From Collinsella aerofaciens (GTDB taxonomy: Bacteria > Actinomycetota > Coriobacteriia > Coriobacteriales > Coriobacteriaceae), in NCBI GenBank assembly GCA_036299165.1, contig JAXJHR010000061.1, forward strand, positions 997 through 64,996: a DNA stretch of 64,000 nucleotides, written 5' to 3'. The notes below the pieces were generated by a model. That model worked only from the letters and a program-made list of their open reading frames with translations. It was not told where the DNA came from and did not search any database. Of this stretch, positions 1-9,631 are shown one piece after another (position 1 is the first letter of the stretch; each line of letters opens with the position of its first letter). Made by a program: the position numbers and the translations under genes.

Positions 1-128
1 TCCTCGGCGGAAACCTCGTCAGCAGCCTCAACCTCGGCAGCTTCGGTCTCCACGGTCTCGACTGCCTCAACCTCGGCAGCCACGGTCTCGTTCTCGGTCT
101 CGTTCATGATCTCTTCGTTCTCGGACAT
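1..128 (-). CDS. hypothetical acidic protein, N-terminal fragment (gene runs off left edge)
   Basis: ATG at 126-128 (minus) preceded by GAAGGAG (133-139). Translates MSENEEIMNETENETVAAEVEAVETVE... and stays open to position 1. No family recognised. Confidence 0.4.
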   Translation of the reverse strand, partial: MSENEEIMNETENETVAAEVEAVETVETEAAEVEAADEVSAE

Positions 129-280
129 GAGACTCCTTCTTGGCCCTCTCGGGCATCATCGCCCCATTCGCGGGGCCCGTCGCGCACTCTTTGCGCTTTA
201 AACATTCATGCCTCTCGGCAAAACGTCCATTAGTTTATGGTGTCGCCATCCAATCTAGCTGCAGAATCTATGTGCACACA

Positions 281-1696
281 TTAATGCGACATGTGCGACT
301 CGCGACGAGCGTACACCAGCGACGCCACGAACCCGACCACCGCAATCACAGCCGCCACGCGCACGGCAGCTGCAAATCCAATCGCCTGGGCAACGTCGGT
401 CGCAACGCCAGCCGCACCGGCAGTCGTCGCAGAACTTGAGAGCAGGCCGATAAACAGGGACGGGCCAAACGATGCGGCAATCATGTTCCACGTGTTGAGC
501 AATGCCGTTCCGTGGGGATGCTCAGCGGCAGGCAGCGTCTCCAAGCCGGCCGTTTGCGAGGGGCTCAACACCAAACCAACTCCGGCATACACCACAACGG
601 TCACCGCCACGACGACGCCGATGTTCATGCTTGCCGCCGTCATCGAGATGGCAGTCTGCCCCACGGCAATCAGGGCAAAGCCGACCGGCAGCAGCGGCCA
701 TGCGCCACGGGCGTCCATCACGCGTCCGCCCACAATCGAGGTCACGGCGTTGCAGGCAATTGCCGGCAAAATGAGCAGGCCCGCAACAAGTGCGGTCATG
801 CCGTATGCGCCCTCAAAATAGAGCGGCAACAAAACGCTCATCGAGAACGTCGTCATCATCGACACCACCACAAGCAGACACGCAGGCCAAAAACGAACGC
901 TCGCCATGGGACGCACGTTAAGCACCGGATGCTCGAGCTTGAGCTGACGGGCCGCAAACAGGCCGAGCAGCACAATGGCGGCGAAGAGCGTCACGATGCC
1001 GGCAATCAGATCAGTCGAGAACTCGCCTACGGAATACACAAATGCCGTAATACCGGCGGCGAGCAAAACAACCGACAGAATATCAAGCGTGGTGTTCGAA
1101 CGCTCTCCGACATTCTGGACATGCTTTACGCCCGCCGCAGCGACCGCAATGCCGCCCACCAGCGGCACTACGAACACCGCCCTCCAGCCAAATAACGTGC
1201 ACATAAGACCGCTGATCACGGGTCCAAACGCCGGTCCTAGCGTAATGCATGCGCCGCCCAGGCTCAGATACAGACCGAGCTTCTCGCGCGGGGCGCAAGA
1301 CAGCACCACGTTCATCATGAGCGGGAACAAGATGCCCGATCCCGCAGCCTGCAAAATACGACTTGGCAGCAAAACGCTAAACGACGGAGCGACCAGGCAC
1401 AGGACTTCGCCGGCGACCATGCATCCGCATGCGAAAAACAGCAGCTTGCGCGTCGAGAAACGGCCGGACAGGAAGGCCATGATGGCCGTAAAAATCGACG
1501 TCACGATCATGTAGCCCGAGACGAGCCACCGTGCCGTGGTGGCACTCACCGAAAAGGCTGCCATAATGTCGTGCAACGCCACGTTAATGATGTTCTCGTT
1601 AAACGCGGCAACAAAGGCTGCAATATACATTACGACGAGAATCGCCGCAGAGGCCGATGGCGTTACTTGAACTTGTTGCTGAGATTTGCTCCCCAT
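281..1696 (-). CDS. MFS transporter, DHA2/EmrB-QacA-like drug:H+ antiporter
   Basis: Inner part of the 608-aa ORF. Multi-TM hydrophobic protein starting MGSKSQQQVQV...; the ATG at 1696 fits the family N-terminus. The upstream 137 codons look like a GC-rich read-through extension. Confidence 0.85.
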   Translation of the reverse strand: MGSKSQQQVQVTPSASAAILVVMYIAAFVAAFNENIINVALHDIMAAFSVSATTARWLVSGYMIVTSIFTAIMAFLSGRFSTRKLLFFACGCMVAGEVLCLVAPSFSVLLPSRILQAAGSGILFPLMMNVVLSCAPREKLGLYLSLGGACITLGPAFGPVISGLMCTLFGWRAVFVVPLVGGIAVAAAGVKHVQNVGERSNTTLDILSVVLLAAGITAFVYSVGEFSTDLIAGIVTLFAAIVLLGLFAARQLKLEHPVLNVRPMASVRFWPACLLVVVSMMTTFSMSVLLPLYFEGAYGMTALVAGLLILPAIACNAVTSIVGGRVMDARGAWPLLPVGFALIAVGQTAISMTAASMNIGVVVAVTVVVYAGVGLVLSPSQTAGLETLPAAEHPHGTALLNTWNMIAASFGPSLFIGLLSSSATTAGAAGVATDVAQAIGFAAAVRVAAVIAVVGFVASLVYARRESHMSH

Positions 1697-1901
1697 GCAT
1701 TTCCTTCCTCTTGGAACGACAGTCACATCGCCCCAGAGGAACGGTCCAGGGCGAAAAATGAGCCCTAGACTTACGCCAGACGCCGTACACGACGAATCTG
1801 GCAACATGGTCCAACATCGAAAGATTGTAACGCGGACGCACAGCTTTCCTTCCGCGCTATTATTAACAGTCCACGAAAGCATAAGACATGAGGAGCCCGC
1901 C

Positions 1902-2312
1902 ATGATTAAGCCCATCATGAAATCCGAGTTCTTTTTGCGTCTGCCTTCCGAAGACGCGGGACCCGACGATGCCGCAACCGGGCAGGATCTCCTGGATACA
2001 CTCCACGAGCATGAGCGCGAGTGCGTGGGCCTCGCCGCCAACATGATCGGCGTGCGCAAACGCATCATCTGCGTAAAGGACGGCAACAGGACACTCCTGA
2101 TGTACAACGCTCAAATTCTTGAGCAGGTCAATGCCTATCAGACGAGCGAAGGATGTCTCTCGCTGATCGGCGAGCGTCCCTGTACCCGCTATCGCCGCAT
2201 TAAGGTGGAGTATTTGGACGAGAACTTCGTCCACCGCATCAAAAACTTCTCGGGCTACACCGCCGAGATCATCCAGCACGAAATCGACCACTGCAACGGA
2301 ATTGTTATTTAG
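1902..2312 (+). CDS. def: peptide deformylase, short (136-aa) type
   Basis: MIKPIMK... with motifs GLAANMIG, EGCLS and QHEIDH. AGGAG at 1891-1895 lies upstream of the ATG at 1902. Confidence 0.85.
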   Translation: MIKPIMKSEFFLRLPSEDAGPDDAATGQDLLDTLHEHERECVGLAANMIGVRKRIICVKDGNRTLLMYNAQILEQVNAYQTSEGCLSLIGERPCTRYRRIKVEYLDENFVHRIKNFSGYTAEIIQHEIDHCNGIVI

Positions 2313-2387
2313 ACAGCCAGGGTAACGATGCAGATTGAGCACACGACAGCGAGCGAGCCGCATTTGCGCCAAGGTGACGTGAAATGA

Positions 2388-2416
2388 GAGGGCGCTGACC
2401 TTCTGGTCGCGCCCTC
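2388..2416 (+). terminator. stem-loop downstream of def
   Basis: GAGGGCGCTGACC / GGTCGCGCCCTC inverted repeat with a 4-nt loop. Confidence 0.5.
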
Positions 2417-2466
2417 GAAATTGAACGTTAGATTGGCGTGAATGCGGCTCGCGCAGCGTCAAGTGG

Positions 2467-2490
2467 TCCGCCGTTCGGTAGAACGGCGGA
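2467..2490 (-). terminator. stem-loop just after the aminotransferase stop
   Basis: TCCGCCGTTC-ggta-GAACGGCGGA, a perfect 10-bp stem with no U-tract (I-shaped). Confidence 0.5.
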
Positions 2491-2495
2491 ACTAA

Positions 2496-4016
2496 TTAGC
2501 TCTGGCGGTAATGGTCAAAGAAGTCGGCGAGGTCTTCGAGCGACTCTTTGAGCACTTCCATGCGCGGCAGGTACACGATGCGGAAGTGATCGGGCTCGGC
2601 CCAGTTAAAGCCGCCGCCGCGCGTGATCAGAATCTTCTTCTCGTGCAGCAGGTCGAGGGCAAACTGCTCGTCATCGGTGATGTTGAACTTCTTAACATCC
2701 ATCTTGGGGAAGATGTAGAACGCCGCGCGCGGCTTGACCACCGAGATGCCGTCAATCTTGTTGAGCGCCTCATACACAAAGTTGCGCTGCTCGTAGACAC
2801 GGCCGCCGGGACGGATGTAGTCGTTAACGGACTGATGGCCGCCGAGCGCCGTCTGGACGATCGACTGAGCCGGCACGTTGGAGCACAGGCGCATGTTGGA
2901 GAGCATGTTGATGCCCATGATGAAGTCGCTCATGCAGCGCTGGTTGCCCGAAAGCACCATCCAGCCAATGCGATAGCCCGCGATCATGTGCGACTTGGAA
3001 AGGCCGCTAAAGGTAACGCAGGGCAGGTCGGGAGCGAGCGAGGCAATCGAGACGTGCTCGTAGCCGTCCATGCACAGGCGGTCGTAGATCTCATCGGCAA
3101 AGATCATCAGCTGATGCCTGCGTGCAATCTCGACGATGCCCTCGAGCACCTCGCGCGGATAGACAGAACCCGTGGGGTTGTTGGGGTTGATGATGACGAG
3201 GGCTTTGGTCGCGCTCGTAATCTTGGACTCCATATCCTCCAGGTCGGGATACCAATCCGCCTGCTCATCGCACAGATAATGTACGGGATGACCGCCAGCA
3301 AGGGTAGCGCACGCCGTCCAGAGCGGATAGTCAGGGCTGGGAATCAGGATTTCGTCTCCATTGTCGAGCAACGCGTTCATCGAAAGCTGAATGAGCTCGG
3401 ACACGCCGTTGCCCGTGTAGATATGCTCCATCTGAACGTTGGGCAGGCCCTTGATCTGCGAATACTGCATGATCGCCTTGCGCGCGGAGAACAGGCCGCG
3501 CGAGTTGGAATAGCCTTCGCAGTCGGGCAGCTGCTGGCGCATGTCCTTGATGACCTCATCGGGCGTGCGGAAACCGAAGGGCGCCGGGTTACCGATATTG
3601 AGCTTGAGGATGCGCTCGCCCTCGTCCTCCATACGGGCGGCCTCGTCGACGACGGGACCGCGCACGTCATACAGGACGTTATCGAGCTTGGTGGATTTAG
3701 AAAAAGTACGCATGGTGGTGCTCCTTGCAATTTGAGCTGAGGGATGGGGTTCGGGCTTGGAATCGTTGCGGGGTGATGATGCCTCGCCTTGATCGGCGTC
3801 GCCGGCAAGCAGCCAGGTAACATCGACCTCCAAAATACGGGCGAGCAGCTCAGCCACATCGCGCCGCGGGATCGTCTTGCCGCTCACATATTGGCTCATC
3901 TGACTCTTGCCAAGTTTTTTGCCGAGCATCTCCGATGCGCGGATCACGTCCGACTGGCGAACGTCGCGATCGGACATAGCCTGTCGCAGGCGATCGCTAA
4001 ATGTCTCTTGGGCCAC
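2496..4016 (-). CDS. XRE-type HTH domain fused to AlaA/AlaC-type PLP-dependent aminotransferase
   Basis: The C-terminal ~400 aa are collinear with E. coli AlaA (KLDNVLYDVRGP, LKLNIGNPAPFGF, INPNNPTG, SGLSKSHMIAGYRIGW, RLCSNVPAQ). The N-terminus has an HTH (QSDVIRASEMLGKKLGKSQMSQYVSGK). GTG at 4016 has AAGGAGG 5 nt upstream. Confidence 0.85.
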   Translation of the reverse strand: MAQETFSDRLRQAMSDRDVRQSDVIRASEMLGKKLGKSQMSQYVSGKTIPRRDVAELLARILEVDVTWLLAGDADQGEASSPRNDSKPEPHPSAQIARSTTMRTFSKSTKLDNVLYDVRGPVVDEAARMEDEGERILKLNIGNPAPFGFRTPDEVIKDMRQQLPDCEGYSNSRGLFSARKAIMQYSQIKGLPNVQMEHIYTGNGVSELIQLSMNALLDNGDEILIPSPDYPLWTACATLAGGHPVHYLCDEQADWYPDLEDMESKITSATKALVIINPNNPTGSVYPREVLEGIVEIARRHQLMIFADEIYDRLCMDGYEHVSIASLAPDLPCVTFSGLSKSHMIAGYRIGWMVLSGNQRCMSDFIMGINMLSNMRLCSNVPAQSIVQTALGGHQSVNDYIRPGGRVYEQRNFVYEALNKIDGISVVKPRAAFYIFPKMDVKKFNITDDEQFALDLLHEKKILITRGGGFNWAEPDHFRIVYLPRMEVLKESLEDLADFFDHYRQS

Positions 4017-4037
4017 TAGAACCTCCTTGCTGGCAAA

Positions 4038-4119
4038 GTTCAATTTATAGAACACGAATTGAACCATGGTTCAATTTAGCAAGCAGTATAACGCGGCGCT
4101 TCATTCGAAAGTTCAATTT
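4038..4119. promoter_or_regulatory. candidate operator: perfect 20-bp palindrome plus two extra half-sites
   Basis: AATTGAACCATGGTTCAATT at 4057-4076, with GTTCAATT also at 4038-4045 and 4111-4118. AT-rich region immediately upstream of the HTH-aminotransferase gene. Confidence 0.5.
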
Positions 4120-4178
4120 CATAAGAAAATGTATCGGACTCCGAGATCTGCCCAAAGCAAACAATGGCGTGTACACGT

Positions 4179-5036
4179 TTAGAGGTATTCGAGAAAACGG
4201 GCGGCGGCAAGCGAAACATCGGCCGTGCGATATATCGCATTGATCTGCCGATGAGGATGTCCCTCGAGCGGACGCACGGCAACATCGAACTGACAGCGGC
4301 GCAAGATAAGTGCCGGAAGAATGCTCACGCCCAAGCCGTCCTCGACCATAGCCATAATCGCATAGTCATCCCAGGTCGACAGCTTAGAGCGCACCGCCAG
4401 GCCCGCGCGGCGAAACAGCGGCGTAATCTCGTCGTCGCTACCGCGTTCCAGCAGGATAAACTGCTCGTTGGCCAAATCGGCAAGGGAAACGACCTCCGCG
4501 GTGGCAAGCGAGGAGTCCGCTGGCACCACGGCCATCAGCTCGTCTTGCACCAACGGTCGCGACGCCATGCCGGCGCCACGTGGCTCGCGCGGGATAAAGC
4601 CCAGGTCACAACGACCCTCAGCCACCCATTGCTCAATCTCGGAGTAATCGCCCATCAGCAGCTCGTAATCGACATCTGGGTGATCGGCGCGAAACCGCGC
4701 AATCACCGGCGGCAGTACATGGGTCGCCACACTCGAAAACGTACCGATGCAGATTTTGCCGCGCATGAGCCCTCGCATCTCGTCCACGCGTCGCTGCAGA
4801 CGGCCAAACTCTTCGCATAACGCCTCGACCGCCGGCATAACTTGCCGCCCATCGGCAGAAAGCACTACGCCCTCGCGGCTTCTATCAAGCACTTTAAAGC
4901 CCCAGTCGGCCTCTAGATCGGCCACCATACGGCTCACGCCCGACTGCGAATAGCTCAGCCGCTCGGCAGCACGCGTAAAGCTTCCGGCGCGCACCGTCTC
5001 GAGCAGGACCTGCATCTTTTGAACATTCGTTTCCAC
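4179..5036 (-). CDS. LysR-family transcriptional regulator
   Basis: N-terminal HTH (FTRAAERLSYSQSGVSRMVADLE) plus a LysR substrate-binding domain. GTG at 5036 follows AGGTGGAGGGG; the alternative ATG is at 5057. Confidence 0.85.
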   Translation of the reverse strand: METNVQKMQVLLETVRAGSFTRAAERLSYSQSGVSRMVADLEADWGFKVLDRSREGVVLSADGRQVMPAVEALCEEFGRLQRRVDEMRGLMRGKICIGTFSSVATHVLPPVIARFRADHPDVDYELLMGDYSEIEQWVAEGRCDLGFIPREPRGAGMASRPLVQDELMAVVPADSSLATAEVVSLADLANEQFILLERGSDDEITPLFRRAGLAVRSKLSTWDDYAIMAMVEDGLGVSILPALILRRCQFDVAVRPLEGHPHRQINAIYRTADVSLAAARFLEYL

Positions 5037-5154
5037 GGCACCCCTCCACCTATGCATGAGCTTTTGTCATGTTATCTATGCTTTATATTCGCTTTTCTTC
5101 TATATCAAGTTCACCCATAGTGAACATGCTCGGATATAGAGGGGATGGAAGCGC

Positions 5155-6066
5155 ATGAACAACGGACTGTTTACGTACTTAGCAGCATTGCTATTGTTTG
5201 GCTCCAACGGCATCATCGCCGCTGCCATCGCGCTGCCGAGCTCCGATATCGTGCTACTACGCACGTTTTTGGGCGCACTCTCGCTTGTCACCATCCTCGC
5301 CATCACCCAACGCCATAAGTTGCAGGCGCCATCTCGCCCCCGCGAAGCCGCAGCCCTCCTCCTCTCGGGAGCCGCGCTGGGCGCCAGCTGGATTTTTCTG
5401 TTCCGCGCCTACCAGACGATCGGCGTCGGCGTATCCTCGCTGCTGTACTACTGCGGCCCCATCATTGTCATGGCGCTCTCCCCGCTCATCTTTGGCGAAA
5501 AGCTGACCGGCGGCAAAATCGCCGGCTTTGTCGCCGTCGCCTGCGGTGCTTTTCTCATTGCAGCACAAGGTCTAGGCGGCAATATGCCCATTGCGGGTAT
5601 CGCCTGCGGCATCGCCTCGGCATTTTGCTATGCGCTGATGGTCATCGCCAGCAAGGGTGCGCCACACATCGAAGGCCTCGAAAACTCCACGCTCCAGGTG
5701 AGCGCCGCCTTTGTGACCGCGCTGGTCCTCACGCTCATCACGCAGGGCGCCCCCTCATTCCTGTCCGTCGGCGTCGCCGCCAGTATTGATTGGCGCGCCG
5801 TCGTCATGCTCGGCGTCGTCAACACCGGCATTGGCTGCCTGCTCTACTTTAGTGCTGTCGCTAAGCTGCCCGTCCAGACTGTCGCGGTCGTCGGCTACCT
5901 CGAGCCGCTTTCGGCCGTCGTGGTTTCGGCCGTCCTTTTAGGCGAAGCCATAACGCCGGTCCGTCTGATGGGTGCCGCACTTATCATCGGCGGCGCGATC
6001 TTTTGCGAACTCGCCGGCAAACGCGCAGGTGCCAAGACCGGCATCGCTCAGGCAGCACGCGCCTAA
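5155..6066 (+). CDS. EamA/DMT-family transporter
   Basis: 10-TM hydrophobic protein with two EamA-like halves, divergent from the LysR gene. RBS GAGGGGA. Confidence 0.8.
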   Translation: MNNGLFTYLAALLLFGSNGIIAAAIALPSSDIVLLRTFLGALSLVTILAITQRHKLQAPSRPREAAALLLSGAALGASWIFLFRAYQTIGVGVSSLLYYCGPIIVMALSPLIFGEKLTGGKIAGFVAVACGAFLIAAQGLGGNMPIAGIACGIASAFCYALMVIASKGAPHIEGLENSTLQVSAAFVTALVLTLITQGAPSFLSVGVAASIDWRAVVMLGVVNTGIGCLLYFSAVAKLPVQTVAVVGYLEPLSAVVVSAVLLGEAITPVRLMGAALIIGGAIFCELAGKRAGAKTGIAQAARA

Positions 6067-6100
6067 CAGCCCCTGCTTTGAAATGCCACCTGCGTACATG

Positions 6101-6124
6101 AATAATCCCCAGATGGGGATTATT
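6101..6124 (+). terminator. stem-loop after the EamA gene
   Basis: AATAATCCCC-agat-GGGGATTATT. Confidence 0.45.
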
Positions 6125-6205
6125 GTCTAAAACACCCCGATGTGCCAAACTGCTCTTATATGTATAAAGATGGCATAAAGGTCTGCTGCCCTTTGCAGGG
6201 GCCAG

Positions 6206-8455
6206 ATGTCCAAGGGAGTCCACGTGGCACACAACAAACTGGAGGCAAGCCCCCAAGATCAGCGTGGTCAAGGCGGGCATGGAGCCATTCCCCTCTCCGC
6301 TGGCATGCTGCTCGTTACGCTCGGCGTCGTCTACGGCGACATCGGCACGAGCCCCATGTACACCATGAAATCAATCGTCGCCAACAACGGCGGCATCGGT
6401 ACCGTCAGCGAGGACATGATCTTAGGAGCGCTTTCGCTCGTCATCTGGACCATGACGCTCGTGACCACGGTCAAGTACGTGGTAATCGCCATGAAGGCCG
6501 ATAACCACAACGAGGGCGGCATCTTCGCCCTGTTTAGCTTGGTGCGCAAAGTGGCGCCGTGGCTGATCCTTCCCGCCATGATCGGCGGCGCGGCGCTGCT
6601 CACCGACGGCATCCTCACCCCCGCCGTCACGGTCACCACGGCCATCGAGGGCTTGCGCACTATCGAGTGGGGCCACGCACTATTGGGTGACGGTCAGACC
6701 AATGTGATCATCATCACCATCATCATTATCTGCGGTCTGTTTGCCATGCAGCGCGCCGGCACCTCGTCAATCGGCAAGTTCTTCGGCCCGCTCATGACGC
6801 TGTGGTTCCTGTTCCTGGCAGGCGCCGGCTTATTCAACATGCTCGGCAACCTGTCCATCTTGCGCGCGCTCAACCCCATCCGCGGCATTATGTTCCTGTT
6901 CTCGCCCATCAACCACTCGGGCATCATGGTGCTCGGCTTTGTCTTTCTGTCGACAACCGGTGCCGAGGCGCTCTACTCGGACATGGGCCACGTGGGCAAG
7001 GCAAACATCTATGCATCATGGCCGTTTGTTAAAGCGGCCCTCATCCTCAACTATCTGGGTCAAGGCGCTTGGCTGCTCGCCAATAACTCCAACCCCCAGA
7101 TGCTCGCGATGGATATCGTCAACCCGTTCTATATGATGCTCCCCGAGCCCCTGCGCCCCTTTGCCATCGTGCTTTCGGCCGTGGCGGCCATCATCGCCTC
7201 GCAGGCGCTCATCACCGGCTCGTTTTCGCTGGTATCCGAGGCAACGCGCCTCAACCTTATGCCGCACCTGCGCATCCACTACCCCAGCGACACCAAGGGC
7301 CAGCTCTATATTCCGCTCGTCAATAACATCATGTGGGTCGGGTGTATCTTCATCGTGCTGCTGTTCCAGAACTCCGAGCGCATGGAGAGCGCCTATGGCC
7401 TCGCCATTACCGTGACCATGCTCATGACCACGACGCTTTTGACGAGCTATATCGCCGGCATCCTCAAGCACAAGCTGGGCGCCTGCATCTTCGCCCTGCT
7501 CTTTGGTGCCATTGAGCTGTGCTTCTTCGCTTCGTGCCTCACCATGTTCTTTGACGGCGGCTACGTCATGATCTTCCTGGCCGCGCTGCTGTTCGGCCTT
7601 ATGTATGTGTGGCGCCGCGGCACCGCCATCGAGCGCACGCAAACGATCCTGCTGCCCGTCTCCAAGTACATCGATCAGCTCAACCGCCTGCGCAACGACG
7701 AGACCTATCCCGTGCTCGCTGACAATCTGGTATTTCTCACCAACAGCCCCGACCCGCTCACGCTCGACCGCGACGTGCTTTATTCCATCCTGGACAAGCA
7801 CCCCAAGCGCGCCAAGGCATATTGGTTCATCAACGTGCACGTTACCGACGAGCCCTATACGCACGAGTATTCCGTCGAGACCTTTGGCACGGACTTTTTG
7901 TTCCGCGTGCGCTTGGACCTGGGCTTTAAGGTCAACCAGCGCATCAATACCTACCTGCGCCAGATTGTTGGCGACTTGATGGCATCGGGCGAGCTGCCGC
8001 CGCAGCATCACACCTACTCCATCTACGAGACGCGCGGCAACGTGGGCGACTTCCGTTTTTGCATGCCGCGCAAGATGCTTGCCCCCGAAACGGACATCAA
8101 CCGCAACGACCACCGCGTCATGGCCATCAAGTACGCCGTCCGCCGCGCCTGCGGAAGCCCGGCACGCTGGTACGGTCTTGAGAACTCGGCCATCATCATC
8201 GAGTACGTGCCGCTGTTTGCCCGCATGCGCCCGGCCGTTAAGCTCGTGCGCACCCAGGTGCCGCTCGAGGTTCAGATCGAAGAGGCCGAGGAAATGGAAG
8301 TCGATATCTTCTCGGACGACCTGGTCAACGGCAACGAAGCCGGTAGGAACATGAACGTCGACCCCACCGAGTTACTCGAGAGCGTCGCCGATACGCCCGA
8401 ACAGCAACTGCTCGACGGCCTCGAGAGCGAACAACTCAACGACGCCAACTTCTAG
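6206..8455 (+). CDS. kup: KUP/HAK/KT potassium uptake protein
   Basis: GVVYGDIGTSPMY signature, ~12 TM segments and a long cytoplasmic C-terminal domain. Confidence 0.9.
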   Translation: MSKGVHVAHNKLEASPQDQRGQGGHGAIPLSAGMLLVTLGVVYGDIGTSPMYTMKSIVANNGGIGTVSEDMILGALSLVIWTMTLVTTVKYVVIAMKADNHNEGGIFALFSLVRKVAPWLILPAMIGGAALLTDGILTPAVTVTTAIEGLRTIEWGHALLGDGQTNVIIITIIIICGLFAMQRAGTSSIGKFFGPLMTLWFLFLAGAGLFNMLGNLSILRALNPIRGIMFLFSPINHSGIMVLGFVFLSTTGAEALYSDMGHVGKANIYASWPFVKAALILNYLGQGAWLLANNSNPQMLAMDIVNPFYMMLPEPLRPFAIVLSAVAAIIASQALITGSFSLVSEATRLNLMPHLRIHYPSDTKGQLYIPLVNNIMWVGCIFIVLLFQNSERMESAYGLAITVTMLMTTTLLTSYIAGILKHKLGACIFALLFGAIELCFFASCLTMFFDGGYVMIFLAALLFGLMYVWRRGTAIERTQTILLPVSKYIDQLNRLRNDETYPVLADNLVFLTNSPDPLTLDRDVLYSILDKHPKRAKAYWFINVHVTDEPYTHEYSVETFGTDFLFRVRLDLGFKVNQRINTYLRQIVGDLMASGELPPQHHTYSIYETRGNVGDFRFCMPRKMLAPETDINRNDHRVMAIKYAVRRACGSPARWYGLENSAIIIEYVPLFARMRPAVKLVRTQVPLEVQIEEAEEMEVDIFSDDLVNGNEAGRNMNVDPTELLESVADTPEQQLLDGLESEQLNDANF

Positions 8456-8476
8456 CGACGTCACAAATCAACGACA

Positions 8477-8510
8477 GCGGCCCTGCATCTCACGGGAGAC
8501 GCAGGGCCGC
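8477..8510. terminator. bidirectional stem-loop between the convergent kup and hydrolase genes
   Basis: GCGGCCCTGC ... GCAGGGCCGC, with an inner TCTC/GAGA pairing. Confidence 0.5.
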
Positions 8511-8534
8511 CTTGCATTGCAGTAAAGCTAGCGG

Positions 8535-9500
8535 CTACGAACGACGCGGCTCGGGAACCACGAGTCTATCGGGGCTCGCGCCCTCGGCATCCATCAGGCT
8601 CACGTAGCGAATCGACGGATCCCCATACATCGCGTAGTAATAATTGCCCGTGCGCGCGCTAAAGCATCCGGTGTAGATAGTCTTCTCGAACTTGCCATCG
8701 CCCATCCTGGACGCCCCCTCAATCATCACCACGCCCTCGAGCGAGCGGAACATACGGACGACGTTTTCGGTCTCGCTCTCCTTTTGCGGGTAATTGGCAT
8801 TGAGATACGCCGCCTTTACAAAACGGCTCGGCGAATAGCAGTCACCCGGAATACCGCGCATGCCGGCACCCGCGCCATAGGGCTTGAGCTCGGCGCCACG
8901 CCATGTCGCCGTCTGCGGAAAATCGCTTGTGGCAGTGATATAGGTGCGGAGGTTTTCCATGTGCCACGGGAAGGTCGGCTGGTTGGCAAGGGTGTCGACC
9001 GGATCGTCGTATACATGCAGGCCGTCAGCCATCATCTCGACCACGATGCTACGCTGGCTGTCGCCGATAATCCAATGGAGCAGCGACACGCCCAGCCCCT
9101 CTCCGGCAGATTTGGCGACAATCACCGTGTCGCGCAGCGCGGCCTCGACCTCATCGACCGTCGAGAACGTCGCTGCCACCCACAGGGGAAACTCATAGGC
9201 CGCGATATTGGTCTTACCGTCGACAGGGTCATCGGCATACTCGGCATAACCAGGGAAATTGAGACCCGCCACGGCGAGGCCCGCATCGTTGCCGCAATCG
9301 AAGAACATAGGGTAGTTCCTGTAATCGATGCACATACCGATCACCGCGTGCGCCGCTGTCGCGTCGTCGATAAACGAATACGGAATGTGAAACCCGCGCG
9401 GCATCACGCGAACCTGTTGGCCGTAGTCAAAGCTCCAGTCGAGATTGCGGCCCAGATACATGTGGCCAGAATTATCAGTAAATCGAATACTCGTACACAT
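8535..9500 (-). CDS. choloylglycine hydrolase family (bile salt hydrolase / penicillin V acylase-like Ntn hydrolase)
   Basis: Starts MCTSIRF (nucleophile Cys2), then YLGRNLDW (Arg/Asp of the active site). AGGAGG lies upstream of the ATG at 9500. Confidence 0.85.
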   Translation of the reverse strand: MCTSIRFTDNSGHMYLGRNLDWSFDYGQQVRVMPRGFHIPYSFIDDATAAHAVIGMCIDYRNYPMFFDCGNDAGLAVAGLNFPGYAEYADDPVDGKTNIAAYEFPLWVAATFSTVDEVEAALRDTVIVAKSAGEGLGVSLLHWIIGDSQRSIVVEMMADGLHVYDDPVDTLANQPTFPWHMENLRTYITATSDFPQTATWRGAELKPYGAGAGMRGIPGDCYSPSRFVKAAYLNANYPQKESETENVVRMFRSLEGVVMIEGASRMGDGKFEKTIYTGCFSARTGNYYYAMYGDPSIRYVSLMDAEGASPDRLVVPEPRRS

Positions 9501-9567
9501 AGCGCCTCCTAGCTTTACGTTCTTGCTAATTTCATTGTCTCCAAACAAAAAGGCGCTAAACACAAAA

Positions 9568-9599
9568 GCCCGGACATGACAACAATGTCATGCCCGGGC
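9568..9599 (-). terminator. rho-independent terminator of the deformylase-like gene
   Basis: 13-bp stem GCCCGGGCATGAC/GTCATGTCCGGGC (1 mismatch), followed on the minus strand by TTTTGTGTTT. Confidence 0.6.
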
Positions 9600-9631
9600 C
9601 AAAAGAGACGAAGTGCGGTGCTTTGGTCCCC

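Noticed and set aside
1697-2107. 137-codon N-terminal extension of the MFS ORF.
   Set aside because: It overlaps the def gene on the opposite strand. The MFS family N-terminus and TM1 begin at the ATG at 1696.
6125-6205. c-di-AMP (ydaO/kimA-type) riboswitch upstream of kup.
   Set aside because: The leader is too short and lacks the pseudo-twofold ACGGGGA/CCCA-type motifs.
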